A stretch of DNA of 64,000 bases from Fibrobacterales bacterium (GCA_051532035.1 JAOPTW010000018.1:5770-69769); one strand, 5' to 3'. Positions 17,660 through 28,638 are shown, numbered from the stretch's first letter. A program made the numbers and translations. The notes: generated from the sequence alone by a model not told the origin.

Positions 17660-19288
17660 TTGACTGCATTGAGATTTGTTATACTCGTATCAATTTATAT
17701 GGTGTTGTTTTTAATGTCATGCACAGAGGTGTCTCCAGTCGAGATCACTGCGCCTGGAGAATCTGCAAATACCAGTGACTCCTCCGATGGACAGAATTCA
17801 AATGATACAAATTTAGAATCATCACACAATCTCTCTGTTACCAATGACCCTCAATCGATCAGTAGCAGTAACACGAGCAGTAGTCAAAATGTTCTCATGA
17901 GCAGTAATGAGAAAAATGCAAGTAGTGTAAGTGGTGAATCTGATAGTGGGCTTTTGAGTTCTTCTCAATTAGGGGTTTCGTCACACTCAGTAGTGTCCTC
18001 AAGTTCAATCAGTGTTGTTGAAGATGAAAAAAAGGCATCATACCTTTTTGAGTCTGATGTCGTGAGACGGTATCAGATAGTAATTGCTGAAGCCGACTTA
18101 GAATTCCTTGATGCACAACCCACTCGTGAAGAGTATGTAGAAGCAAAGCTCGTTTTCGAGGGTGATACGATTCAGCCTGTTGGAGTGCGATATAAAGGGT
18201 CAGTAGGTGGATGGCTTGGATGTATTGAAGGACTTGAATATTTTGATAGCCCTAAAAGGGAAGGGGGCAAATGTTCCGTTAAAATAAAATTTAATTGGAA
18301 GGGTAATAGTGGGCGCTTTTATGGATTGCGTAAGCTGCAGTTTCATACGCTCAACTTAGATGGAACGAAGCTGCATGATAAGCTTGGGTATCATCTGTTC
18401 AGAAAGTTTGATATCCCGGCTCCTCGGGCTTCACATGCTGAACTCTATTTTAATGATACGTATATGGGGCTGTATGGTAATGTAGAACAGATTGATAAAG
18501 AATTTGTTGAACGTCATTTTCCAAATGATTCTGAAGGGAATTTATTTAAGGAGACCTGGCCCCTTACTTCTGCAGGGGACGTAATGCCCGAGGAATATCT
18601 GGTGAAAGGCCTTAAGACAAATGAGGATTCCCCGGATGTTTCCTCAATGCTTGAATTTACCACTCAATTCTCTCGTGCAAAGAGCAGAGAAGACCGTAAA
18701 GATATTCTCGGTCGCTATGCTTCAATAGATGAGATGCTTCGGTATATTGTTGTTGATAGAGCAATCGCAAATGATGATGGAGCGATGAAATGGTTTTGTC
18801 ATAATGGTATTGCCGAATTGTGTTATCCTCATAATTATTTTTGGTATCAAGAACCGACCTCTAAAATGCTGCACCTGATACCGTGGGATTTGGATCACGC
18901 CTTTTCTAGTGTGAATGTTAACAATCTCCATAATCAGTTTACTTGGGTTCAAGATGACTGGAATGAGGTAACTGATGATTGTGATGTCTTTCCGGGGACC
19001 GGTGGATCAGCACCACAACGTTCAGCTGCCTGTGACAACATTTTTAAAACGATGACCTATTATGAAGATGAATACGATGTACTTCAGAATGAGTTTTATC
19101 AAACCTATATGAATGAGGAGTATATCATTGATAAAATTGATACTTGGGCAGCAGTACTGGATCCCGCAATTAAAAAAGAAGTTACTGAATTTGTTGGAGA
19201 TGAAAGCTTCTATGATAAATGGAAAGAAGAAATAGAAGTTTTTAAATCTGACATCATTGCATCGTTTGATTTGCGAGGTCCAAAATAA
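17660..19288 (+). CDS. CotH kinase family lipoprotein
   Basis: TTG start with AAGGAG; lipobox LMSC; 'VGVRYKG', 'SVKIKF', 'PAPRASH', 'GLYGNVEQIDK', 'IPWDLDHAF'. Confidence 0.85.
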   Translation: MTALRFVILVSIYMVLFLMSCTEVSPVEITAPGESANTSDSSDGQNSNDTNLESSHNLSVTNDPQSISSSNTSSSQNVLMSSNEKNASSVSGESDSGLLSSSQLGVSSHSVVSSSSISVVEDEKKASYLFESDVVRRYQIVIAEADLEFLDAQPTREEYVEAKLVFEGDTIQPVGVRYKGSVGGWLGCIEGLEYFDSPKREGGKCSVKIKFNWKGNSGRFYGLRKLQFHTLNLDGTKLHDKLGYHLFRKFDIPAPRASHAELYFNDTYMGLYGNVEQIDKEFVERHFPNDSEGNLFKETWPLTSAGDVMPEEYLVKGLKTNEDSPDVSSMLEFTTQFSRAKSREDRKDILGRYASIDEMLRYIVVDRAIANDDGAMKWFCHNGIAELCYPHNYFWYQEPTSKMLHLIPWDLDHAFSSVNVNNLHNQFTWVQDDWNEVTDDCDVFPGTGGSAPQRSAACDNIFKTMTYYEDEYDVLQNEFYQTYMNEEYIIDKIDTWAAVLDPAIKKEVTEFVGDESFYDKWKEEIEVFKSDIIASFDLRGPK

Positions 19289-22200
19289 AACAGTCACTAC
19301 TGGTAGTTTTACTGTTGTTACTTTCCATGGTAACGTATGCACAAGAATCTGGCTATACCAAATATTGGGCCGCAATTCCGGAATTCAAAAATGGCCATGG
19401 TGATGACACACAAGCAGCCATACGCTTTGCTTCGTTAGGTGATGCAATTACCGTAACCATTACTATGCCGGCAGATAATAATCGAGAGTTAGGTGTGGTT
19501 GATATTCCTGCTGGAGAAGCGGGAGAGCTTTCACTCGCCAATATATTATCAAATGGCGGTGACTTCGATACTAATATTCTTGAAAGCGGTCTGCCTGATC
19601 AACACGGTATTATTCAAAATCGTGGTGTACTCATTACTGCAGAACCACAATCAAACGGTGGAGATGCTCGGTTTTCTGCATACATTGATAGATTTACTGA
19701 TGTCAACAGAGATATTACCTCACTCAAAGGAGAAAGTGCTGAAGGGTATGAGTTTACCGTTCCTGGTAGAGATCGTTGGAGGAATAATCGGTTTGTTGAG
19801 GTTTATAATGCATTTGATATCGTAGCAACAGAGGATGATACCGAAATAACCATCACACCTAAAAATGATATTATCGGATATCCTGCAGGTGAGTCATTCA
19901 CCATTACATTGTATCGAGGACAATCATTTAATGCCTCAGCGGTATCGTCAAAAGCGAGTGGGCATGTTGGCGGCTCTATAGTTGTTTCTGATAAACCAAT
20001 TGTTGTTATGTTTAAGGATGATAGCGTAACTGATGACGGTATGAGTGGTACGGATGCCCTTGGTGATCAACTGGTTCCCGATGCATTAGCAGGAGATCAG
20101 TTCATTATAATCCGAGGTGGCCTTACGTACAGTGATGAAAGTAAATCCGGAGAGACTGCGTTTATTACCAGTGTCAATAGCGGTACAACGACAATAGAAT
20201 ACAACGGTTCAGAGTATTCGCTTACCGGACGGGGAGATATTGTCGGTATACCCCTCACTCAGGACGCTAATTACCTTTCTGTTAAAGAAGCGAGTAAGGC
20301 TGTACATGTGCTCCATGGTACCGGATCACCTCGAGAAATTGGTGGGAATCTTATACCACCTATTGTATGCACTGGATCACAAGATGTAACGCTCGTACGG
20401 ACTCAAAATAACGATAAAAATGGAGACCGGTTTGATGTGCATTTGATTAGCAAAAAACAAAATCAAGATGGATTTGAATACAGCATTAATGGTACATCTT
20501 TCCAGTCATTTTCGAATGCGGATTTTACTGATGTCACTATTCCTGGAGGAGACGAATGGGTCTATTTTAGTAATAAGAGCATGTTCAGAACGCAACTTGA
20601 TAGTGGTAATACGCTTCGCATTAGAAATGAAACACGGGGGGATGATGGCGACGGACTCTTTCACCTTGGGATACTCGAAGGGCATGGCGGGGGTAATAAA
20701 GGCGGATACTTTTCAAACTTCGCATCCCTCACCGGAGATGCAGGGATAAAAAACTTAGGGCAACATAATTATACTCTAGCATGTGATCGTGCAATTCCTC
20801 TTATTGCATCTGGGGGGCGATCCTATAGTTGGAGTAGCCCATCGGGCCATATGCATATGGTAGATTCTGTTTCTCCCGACAGTGTGTTATTTACTCCGCA
20901 GAGCAATGAAGGTGTGGGACCCTTTTTGTTTGAAGTAACTATTGTAGGGAGTGAATGTGATGAAACAAAAACTATTGCTCTCTCTGTGACGGTTAACAAT
21001 ATTGATGAAGATTTCGGTGGTGCTATTCAGACTTGTGAAGGGTTTGAGGTTGCACTGAACGATGTCGGTGATTCCGACGAAGCATATACTGCTTTTGATG
21101 AACGCTATTTGTGGTCATCTGATGCATTTACTCAAGACATGCAGGTGATGTCACCTAAGGTGACCGTACAAGACGATGCACTTTTTCACGTATCATATGA
21201 TGATGGGCATTGCGCCATTGAGAAGGATATTGTAGTAACAATAGAGGACTGCGGAGAGTGTGTTCTCGAAGCGTCAGAAGATACGTCAATTTGTATAGGG
21301 GAGAGTGTTACACTTTCAGCTGAAGGCCGCGGAACATTTTACGATTGGCAGTATGAAGAAAATGGTAACACCAAAACAAAAACAGATGCAACAATAGAAG
21401 TGAGCCCCGAAGTAACCACCACTTATACCGTGCGATATAATAATGCGATAAAACTAGATGCGGGATTGGATTGGGATCCTGATCAATATTGTCCTGCACA
21501 GACTACGGTTACTGTTTTAGACTGTCTTCCGGATCCGGACCCAGTTCCAGATCCAGAAATTATTAAAACTGAGATATATGATACCAATGAAGATGGAACT
21601 GCTGAAACGATTATTATCACTTTTGATTCTCCAATTACCGAGCTACAATATGATATTACATCAATCGACTGGCCACGCGAAGGAGCAAACGACATTACTG
21701 CCGAAAAAAACAGTGTTGAATTTATAGATTCCGTAACCATAAAAATTGTTCTGGTAGACGCATTCCCCCCGGCAACTGAGCCAAGCCTTGTGAACCCGCC
21801 ATTTTTGACCTATGGCAGTGCTTCTGTTGTAATTGATGATAAAATAGGTCCGATGGTTGTCGGGTCCGATAAAAAACCATCACAAGGGCTTCATTATGCA
21901 GTCAAAGATGACGACGGTGAGTATACATACCACCGGCAGTCAGATACATTAATTGTATATGTATCTGAAGAAGTGGTAATCCCCAATGATAACTGGAAGA
22001 ACATGTTTACTATTTACCCCGAAAACGGTAGCCCCTACACTCTTACTCTTGTAGAAAAACCTGAGAAGGGTGATGACATCTATTCATTAAAGGTCGTTCT
22101 TGATACCTCTATAACGGCGGCAATGATAATGGTTGGAGACAGCATCTCATTCAGATCCGGCACAGAGGTAACCGATATCAACGATAATACTGCTCTGCCA

Positions 22201-22818
22201 ATCTCAACCGAAATTGTAGGTGCCGATAAAGCACAGGGAGAAACAAGTTCACAGTTTCGTACCTCTGTTATCGGAGTGCCAAACTCTACTAACCCAATGT
22301 TAGCTACCGATAAAATTCTGGTTTATGACCAGGACGGTGAACTTCTTGATGAGACAATACAGGGCACTGCAGTTCTCAGCGATAACTGGGTACCTCCATA
22401 CAACTACGACAATAATTCATTGGGAGCCTTTGTTGATGGTGCCGAGTGTACCGACACTCAAGAACTGGTTTCTTTTGATAGAGATTGCCTTTCATCACTG
22501 GTAATCGGTACATTTAAAGATCAGGGAGCTTATACTGTAACAGTATTTGTATATGACCATCTGGGCCAATTTATGAACACCTGGACACAGGGCTTCGGCT
22601 TTTGCGAAGAGTTTGAAAATGAAGAGCGTGAAAGGCAGAGTGATATAGAAAACTTTTTTATACACGATCTCCTTTGGAATATGCAAGATAGTCATGGTCG
22701 CCTTGCAGGTGCAGGAGTGTACCTCTGGCGTGTGATTATACAGTTTGAGTCTGGTGATACCATGAGCTTTACTGAGAAGATGGGGATTGTACGGCAAGAG
22801 ACTCAGTGTCTGGAATAA
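19285..22818 (+). CDS. Large secreted IgGFc-binding-domain protein, paralog of 10874..13927; probable non-canonical ATA start
   Basis: 'DIVATEDDTEITITP', 'GDQLVP', 'PPIVCTGS'; shares a roughly 430-aa C-terminal region with 10874..13927; the full signal peptide (M)KQSLLVVLLLLLSMVTYA only exists if translation starts at ATA 19285 (ORF track start is 19315). Confidence 0.75.
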   Translation: MKQSLLVVLLLLLSMVTYAQESGYTKYWAAIPEFKNGHGDDTQAAIRFASLGDAITVTITMPADNNRELGVVDIPAGEAGELSLANILSNGGDFDTNILESGLPDQHGIIQNRGVLITAEPQSNGGDARFSAYIDRFTDVNRDITSLKGESAEGYEFTVPGRDRWRNNRFVEVYNAFDIVATEDDTEITITPKNDIIGYPAGESFTITLYRGQSFNASAVSSKASGHVGGSIVVSDKPIVVMFKDDSVTDDGMSGTDALGDQLVPDALAGDQFIIIRGGLTYSDESKSGETAFITSVNSGTTTIEYNGSEYSLTGRGDIVGIPLTQDANYLSVKEASKAVHVLHGTGSPREIGGNLIPPIVCTGSQDVTLVRTQNNDKNGDRFDVHLISKKQNQDGFEYSINGTSFQSFSNADFTDVTIPGGDEWVYFSNKSMFRTQLDSGNTLRIRNETRGDDGDGLFHLGILEGHGGGNKGGYFSNFASLTGDAGIKNLGQHNYTLACDRAIPLIASGGRSYSWSSPSGHMHMVDSVSPDSVLFTPQSNEGVGPFLFEVTIVGSECDETKTIALSVTVNNIDEDFGGAIQTCEGFEVALNDVGDSDEAYTAFDERYLWSSDAFTQDMQVMSPKVTVQDDALFHVSYDDGHCAIEKDIVVTIEDCGECVLEASEDTSICIGESVTLSAEGRGTFYDWQYEENGNTKTKTDATIEVSPEVTTTYTVRYNNAIKLDAGLDWDPDQYCPAQTTVTVLDCLPDPDPVPDPEIIKTEIYDTNEDGTAETIIITFDSPITELQYDITSIDWPREGANDITAEKNSVEFIDSVTIKIVLVDAFPPATEPSLVNPPFLTYGSASVVIDDKIGPMVVGSDKKPSQGLHYAVKDDDGEYTYHRQSDTLIVYVSEEVVIPNDNWKNMFTIYPENGSPYTLTLVEKPEKGDDIYSLKVVLDTSITAAMIMVGDSISFRSGTEVTDINDNTALPISTEIVGADKAQGETSSQFRTSVIGVPNSTNPMLATDKILVYDQDGELLDETIQGTAVLSDNWVPPYNYDNNSLGAFVDGAECTDTQELVSFDRDCLSSLVIGTFKDQGAYTVTVFVYDHLGQFMNTWTQGFGFCEEFENEERERQSDIENFFIHDLLWNMQDSHGRLAGAGVYLWRVIIQFESGDTMSFTEKMGIVRQETQCLE

Positions 22819-22976
22819 GAGATATGAAGAGCTACATTTCTTTGATCAGATGCCAACCCTCATTCCCCAAAAAACGGTATTGACATTGTATGTACACTGA
22901 TATAGTTTTATTACATGGATATTGAATGTACGTATAAAGACCTACATGCAACTCATGCATTAAAGAATGAATTCGA

Positions 22977-25640
22977 ATGAGAAATTCTAATCATGTATTA
23001 ATCATGCTACTGTTGTTTTTTATGTATTGTAACGGTATATCTGCACCGGAAAACCTCGCCCTTAATCAGCCGGTTATCGTCAGTTCTGTGTATAACGCAA
23101 CCTATAGTAAAGAAAATGCTGTTGATGGCGTAATATCGGGTGAATCCCGCTGGCTGAGTGCGGCAGAAGCTGAGTCATGGATCACCATTGCCTTAGACAG
23201 CATTACCGTACTGGGCGGTATCCATTTCTATTCGGGATACGAAGGACGAGACCCGGTCAATGATTTTCGAGTTGAGTTCGCGAGTAACGGTTCGTGGACC
23301 GCAATCCCGTCAGCAGTGGTTACTGGTAATACTTCCCTCGGAGTTTCTGTGGCTTTTGATGCTACGGTCGAGGTACGAACCGATACTCTGCGTATCATCA
23401 TATCAAAGACACCGTCAGAAATCACACGGGTTCACGAAATTTCTGTATGGGAGCTCTCTGATATAGGAATACCGAAGCTGGGAACTGGGGTAACCGGATA
23501 CCAGAGTAGTGACCCTGTGGTAGTGCCGGTAATATACATAAACCAGAGTGGCTATAATCTAAACAAACCAAAGCGGTTTACTGCTCCCACCTTGCCAGAC
23601 GGAACCTCATTTTCAATCAAAGCAGTACACTCAGACGATATTCTTTATACGGGAGTGATTAATAATAACCTTGGTGACTTTACCAGTTTCAATCCAATCA
23701 ACTTGATTGAAAATATTGAATATGTAATAGTTGCGGACAGCATTACTTCTTTTCCGTTTCGCATCGAAGCCTGGTGGCTCGAAAGAGTCTCCTATCAGAA
23801 TTCCATCGACTTTATGATTGACAGCCGCATGTGGGTAGGAACTTTTACAGAGGATCCAGGCGGTCAGAATTTTGGATGGAGAGACGACCATCATTTTGGA
23901 TGGGAACTGCATGTGCTCGTGCCACAATATGTATCCAACCCTGATGCCTATCTGAGAATGCCCTCACAAATTACCTATGTGCCCCCTACTCATAGTTCGC
24001 TCTGGGGGAGTCTCACGGCTTATACTGAAGATGCACCCGATATCGTCAAATTGATTCACTGGGGCGCAGACATTTTGGTTACTCAACAGAGAACGCATGA
24101 AAACCTGAAAGCGCAGTTGGCCTATTTTTTATATGCCTGGCCACAGCTAAAGCAATGGTTACCAGAGCAAAACTACCAGACGGTATTGGACTTTACTCTA
24201 TCGGTATGGGAAAACAGTGGTGCTGATCAATCATATATGTATGACGAAAGCCCTGAACACAATCTTCTGGCTCTTAAAACCAAAATGGGAACCACCAAGG
24301 GGGCACTGCCACCTGGCCGGACCGTAATTCCCAACCTGCTCATGTATGCAGTTGCAGAGCGCGAAGGCATTGCCGATGCAGAAAAGTATTTTACCGCTGC
24401 TTTTAATCAGGTAGAATGGATGATCCAAAATCTTGATTGGAATGATCCTATCACTACCAAGGGTCAGCGTGTCAGTGAATTTCACACTATGACTGGACTT
24501 TCAATGATGCTCAAGGAATATCCCGCGAAAGCCCCGACTGGATTGAAAGAAAAAATAACGGCTTGGGCACAGACAGCAATCAATCGATCTGATAACATGT
24601 GGGATTTTCGAAAACTAAATGATACAGAGGGTTGGGTGCCAACAGGGGATGTGCCTACTGCGTGGAACGAACCAGGTAATGTAGTGGGAACACCAGCCTG
24701 TATGCTGGCAGCTATGCAGGTAATTTCAGATAGTACTCTCCATAAAAGACTCACGCAATTAGTGTATGCGCATCTCGACAACGCTTTTGGAAGAAACCCG
24801 ACAGGGCGACACTTTTCGTATGACGCACCCAGAGAAATTGAGGGGGTTGATGTCGGGTGGTATTCCTTTTATCAAGGAGGGATCGGTCGATTGGCAGATG
24901 CCCGGTTTGTTTTTGATGGCGCCCCTAAAAATGAACATTATTCTTATAACCCGGAAGTGGGCAACATTGGCTGGAGCGAAGGATGGATTCAACACAATCT
25001 TCCCTTTAATCTCACTCTGGCGTATCTTGCACATTTTGATACAGAATTTTCGGTGAAACAGAAACAGGACTCCATGGTAATACGGGCAAAAGCACCGCTT
25101 AATTTTGATTATAGTGCAGTGGAGCAAATGACGGTTCAGATAACGGCAAAAAATGGAGAGATCACTCAGGTAATCCTCCATGAAGAATCGGTACATTCAG
25201 AATACTTTACCAATACTACAAGTGTCCCCGAAGATACGGTAACCCTTTCGTATGGATATGGATATATGAAAAAAGAACTCATGGTAGATCCATTCTCAAT
25301 TGCTGTAGTCAATAGTGAATCGAGTGGAGAAATTGTGTTAAGGAGCAGCTCATCTGTATTTGCAGAAGAGGGGAATAGTTTCGGAGCATCTTCAAATGCG
25401 ATGAGTAGTAGTTCAGCACCTGTAACTCCAATAGCTGTTAATAACACAAGGTATACTTCAGCAGGACAGTGGATGGTTGTCAGGAGTACTTCAGCTCAAA
25501 TCAGACTTCCAGAAGGGGCACGGCACGGTATACTCTATTCTATCTATGGGCAAAAGCTCTTTGAGGGCCGTGTTACCGATGCTGTTTTAACGGTGCCCGT
25601 ACATGTGCGCACTGGGTCGGTCGTCGTAAGGTATTATTGA
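22977..25640 (+). CDS. Secreted protein: F5/8 domain, CelD_N-like Ig domain, atypical GH9-like (alpha/alpha)6 region, Ser linker, T9SS-like CTD
   Basis: 'ENLALNQPV..SS...AVDG...RWLS'; 'IYINQSGYNLNKPK'; 'HLDNAFGRNP'; C-terminal 'LYSIYGQKLF'. Confidence 0.65.
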   Translation: MRNSNHVLIMLLLFFMYCNGISAPENLALNQPVIVSSVYNATYSKENAVDGVISGESRWLSAAEAESWITIALDSITVLGGIHFYSGYEGRDPVNDFRVEFASNGSWTAIPSAVVTGNTSLGVSVAFDATVEVRTDTLRIIISKTPSEITRVHEISVWELSDIGIPKLGTGVTGYQSSDPVVVPVIYINQSGYNLNKPKRFTAPTLPDGTSFSIKAVHSDDILYTGVINNNLGDFTSFNPINLIENIEYVIVADSITSFPFRIEAWWLERVSYQNSIDFMIDSRMWVGTFTEDPGGQNFGWRDDHHFGWELHVLVPQYVSNPDAYLRMPSQITYVPPTHSSLWGSLTAYTEDAPDIVKLIHWGADILVTQQRTHENLKAQLAYFLYAWPQLKQWLPEQNYQTVLDFTLSVWENSGADQSYMYDESPEHNLLALKTKMGTTKGALPPGRTVIPNLLMYAVAEREGIADAEKYFTAAFNQVEWMIQNLDWNDPITTKGQRVSEFHTMTGLSMMLKEYPAKAPTGLKEKITAWAQTAINRSDNMWDFRKLNDTEGWVPTGDVPTAWNEPGNVVGTPACMLAAMQVISDSTLHKRLTQLVYAHLDNAFGRNPTGRHFSYDAPREIEGVDVGWYSFYQGGIGRLADARFVFDGAPKNEHYSYNPEVGNIGWSEGWIQHNLPFNLTLAYLAHFDTEFSVKQKQDSMVIRAKAPLNFDYSAVEQMTVQITAKNGEITQVILHEESVHSEYFTNTTSVPEDTVTLSYGYGYMKKELMVDPFSIAVVNSESSGEIVLRSSSSVFAEEGNSFGASSNAMSSSSAPVTPIAVNNTRYTSAGQWMVVRSTSAQIRLPEGARHGILYSIYGQKLFEGRVTDAVLTVPVHVRTGSVVVRYY

Positions 25641-25915
25641 TGGTAACGCCTTATCCACCAGCTGAGTTGTATGGAGTACTGTTTTTACGAGCTCTGGCTC
25701 TCTCATAAAACTAAAATAGTTTCTTTTTCTCCCCAATAAACACCATGACACGGCGTATCTTTTTCATCAATTTAAGTCAAAAAGTTAGATTTTGAGCAAA
25801 AAACGGCAATAAAGTGTGGAATAAACATCCACACTAATATGGAGGTTATTATCCGCTTTACTCAAAATATATATGATGAGAACTTATATTACTATAGAGG
25901 ATAATTGGGGGCATA

Positions 25916-28624
25916 ATGATACGATTCTTGGTATTACTTGTTACGGTATGGGGTGTTGTAGCATATTCACAAACAATCACGGAATACTATGTATCTCCAA
26001 ATGGAGATGATACACATGTAGGGAGTGAAACAAAACCATTCAAAACACTCACTCAGGTACGTGATGTTATTCGCACGCACAATGATTCTATGACGGGTGA
26101 TATCGTTGTGTACCTTAGAGAAGGTACCTATGTGCTCGACTCTACCCTTTCTCTTACACAACAGGATGGGGGCACCAACAATTTTAGTATTCGCTATAAG
26201 GCATATACCGATGAAAAACCCGTGATCAGTGGTGGTGTTGCTATTACGGGATGGACACTGCACGATGGCGCTAAAAATATATACCGCACTAATATTGGGA
26301 CCGACTTTGATTCACGTCATCTGTATGTAAATGGGGTTCGGGCGAGCAGAGCCAAGGGAGATGCCTTTCCCGGTGGTTTTACGGTATCGCAACATCAGGT
26401 GCTGTTACCCAGTAGTGATGTATATTCTGGTATGGGGAGTTGGAGTAATATAGAGAACATTGAACTTGTGGGGTATCAAACTAATTGCTGGAAGTTTCCG
26501 CGTAATCTTATTGAATCAATTAGTGGTAATGTGGTCACCATGGCTCAGCCTGGTTGGACTCTGGTATATGGGCAAGCATCATGGGCCGCAAATCAGGTAG
26601 CGTGGATAGAAAACGCCTATGAGCTTCTCGATCAACAGGGTGAGTTTTATATTAATCGTACCGATGGGTATATCTACTATATGCCACGCGATGGTGAAAA
26701 TATGGCGACTTCTGAGTTTATTATTCCAAAGATTGACAAACTCATAAGCCTCGAAGGAACGACAGATAACAAAATAAGTAACATTCATTTTGAGGGAATC
26801 AGCTTTCAATATACTACGTGGTTGAGGCCCAACACCAATAAGGGGTTCCCGGTAATACAGGCAGGGCTTTTGTGGGATGAAAACATGGGGGTAGAAAAAT
26901 CAGAATCTTCTGTTACCGTGCGTTCGGGGAGCAACATCTCTTTTGATAAGTGCGTATTTTATAAATTGGGCAATGTAGGGCTTGAGTTTGATACAGGAAC
27001 TCAGGGTAGTATGGTGTCACGTTCGGTATTTACCGACATATCATCAGAAGCAATTGTAGTGGGTGATTTTAATTTTGAAGATCACCACGAAACAGATGAA
27101 ACCAAGATAACCCAAAACATTGTCATCTTTAATAACCATATCTCAAACGTAGGAACGGAGTATAAGAGTAATCCCGGTATAACAGTAGGATATGCGCGGT
27201 ATATTACCATTACAAAAAACTCACTGTTTGATTTGCCCTATTCGGGGATCAGCGTAGGTTGGGGGCATGGGGTTTATGACGATACCCATACTCCGGTAAC
27301 CCAACAAAACCGCATTACCAACAATCATATCTTTGACTATATGAAAGCACTTCCTGATGGTGGCGGAATCTATACCCTGGGGCAGCAAAATAATTCGCTC
27401 ATGCAGGGGAACTTTATTCAGCAGCAGAGCAAACCCTATGGCTACTACTACTTGGATAACGGTACTGCAGGGTATGATGTTAATTTTAACCTGGCTCTCA
27501 CCATGGGCAAAACCGATGTGTCGTGGGCTGGCTATGCCAATGATGATTGTTTTACGGGTCTAGACCATTTTAGAACCCATGATAATACCATTCAGGCACT
27601 CTTTTATGATCACTCCCTTATTATTGAAGATCGTGGCGTTAACAATAAAGTGTTTAATAATTATCCCGTTGACCCCTATAACCTGCCGACAGATGCGCTT
27701 TCTATTATTGCCAATGCAGGGAGCAGTGTCTCTCTTGTAGATGGCCAGGTAACCTTTGAGGGGGCAGGAGGGCTTGATAATATTGCGCTCTACAAACAGA
27801 CCCAACAAAGCAGTACCTTTCTTGAGCTCGGTTCACACCATGGGGTTGATGGACTTGTCAGTGGCGTCTATCATCCCACACGTGACTTGGCCAGCAATAA
27901 TGCATCAACTGCTGGTGAATGGTGGATGGTAGATTTAGGGCAGCCCTATGAGATAACCTATAGTAACTGGTGGAACCGTACGGATTGTTGTGTTGATCGC
28001 ATGGATGATTATACCATTGAACGTTCGTTAGATGGCGTAACCTGGACTCAAGTGAGTATACAGTCAACTCAGATGGGGCACCCCACACGTATCGATGTAG
28101 ATGCACCAGCACGGTATATTCGGTTGGTTCAAAATAAAGATGAGGCGTTTAATTTTGCCGAAGTTATGATGTATGGAACGCCGTATGTGGATACAACCAC
28201 AGTACCTGATGATAGTCCTGATGATAGCTCTAATGAAGGAGAAAGTAGTGACTCAGAATCTATGAGCAGTTCCATGGTAAGTAGTGATTCACTAGTGAGT
28301 AGTAGTTCAGAAGCGCACAATGATTTGGTGAGTTCGTATAGTACCAATCAGATGGTTTCAAGTAGTAGCACGCTGTTGTTAGATGGTAGTTCGCAATCAA
28401 TTGCACCGTTGAATGGTGTAGTACTGAATCAGGGTTCATTTAAAGTAGTGTACTTTGTGAATGATGGGGTGCAGAAGGTGCCAGAATATTTGGGTGAGGC
28501 ACGGAGCTTTGAAGTGTATACGGTTATGGGTAAACGAGTAGCGTGGGGAGCCTCGGGCTCTGGGTTAGAGAAGGTTTCAGACCTGCCTCAAGGGATACTC
28601 TTAATTAAGTATATCTCTGAGTAG
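25916..28624 (+). CDS. Secreted right-handed beta-helix glycoside hydrolase (GH141-like) with F5/8 domain and T9SS-like CTD
   Basis: 'YYVSPNGDD..GSE..PFKTL', 'VYLREGTY', 'ENAYELLDQQGEFY', 'PYSGISVGW', 'DGGGIYTLG'; discoidin 'WWMVDLG...WNRTDCC'. Confidence 0.8.
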   Translation: MIRFLVLLVTVWGVVAYSQTITEYYVSPNGDDTHVGSETKPFKTLTQVRDVIRTHNDSMTGDIVVYLREGTYVLDSTLSLTQQDGGTNNFSIRYKAYTDEKPVISGGVAITGWTLHDGAKNIYRTNIGTDFDSRHLYVNGVRASRAKGDAFPGGFTVSQHQVLLPSSDVYSGMGSWSNIENIELVGYQTNCWKFPRNLIESISGNVVTMAQPGWTLVYGQASWAANQVAWIENAYELLDQQGEFYINRTDGYIYYMPRDGENMATSEFIIPKIDKLISLEGTTDNKISNIHFEGISFQYTTWLRPNTNKGFPVIQAGLLWDENMGVEKSESSVTVRSGSNISFDKCVFYKLGNVGLEFDTGTQGSMVSRSVFTDISSEAIVVGDFNFEDHHETDETKITQNIVIFNNHISNVGTEYKSNPGITVGYARYITITKNSLFDLPYSGISVGWGHGVYDDTHTPVTQQNRITNNHIFDYMKALPDGGGIYTLGQQNNSLMQGNFIQQQSKPYGYYYLDNGTAGYDVNFNLALTMGKTDVSWAGYANDDCFTGLDHFRTHDNTIQALFYDHSLIIEDRGVNNKVFNNYPVDPYNLPTDALSIIANAGSSVSLVDGQVTFEGAGGLDNIALYKQTQQSSTFLELGSHHGVDGLVSGVYHPTRDLASNNASTAGEWWMVDLGQPYEITYSNWWNRTDCCVDRMDDYTIERSLDGVTWTQVSIQSTQMGHPTRIDVDAPARYIRLVQNKDEAFNFAEVMMYGTPYVDTTTVPDDSPDDSSNEGESSDSESMSSSMVSSDSLVSSSSEAHNDLVSSYSTNQMVSSSSTLLLDGSSQSIAPLNGVVLNQGSFKVVYFVNDGVQKVPEYLGEARSFEVYTVMGKRVAWGASGSGLEKVSDLPQGILLIKYISE

Positions 28625-28638
28625 ATGAAAAGAGGGCA

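Noticed and set aside
22880..22908. TTGACA...TATAGT promoter upstream of 22977
   Set aside because: The spacer is only 15 bp; ambiguous.
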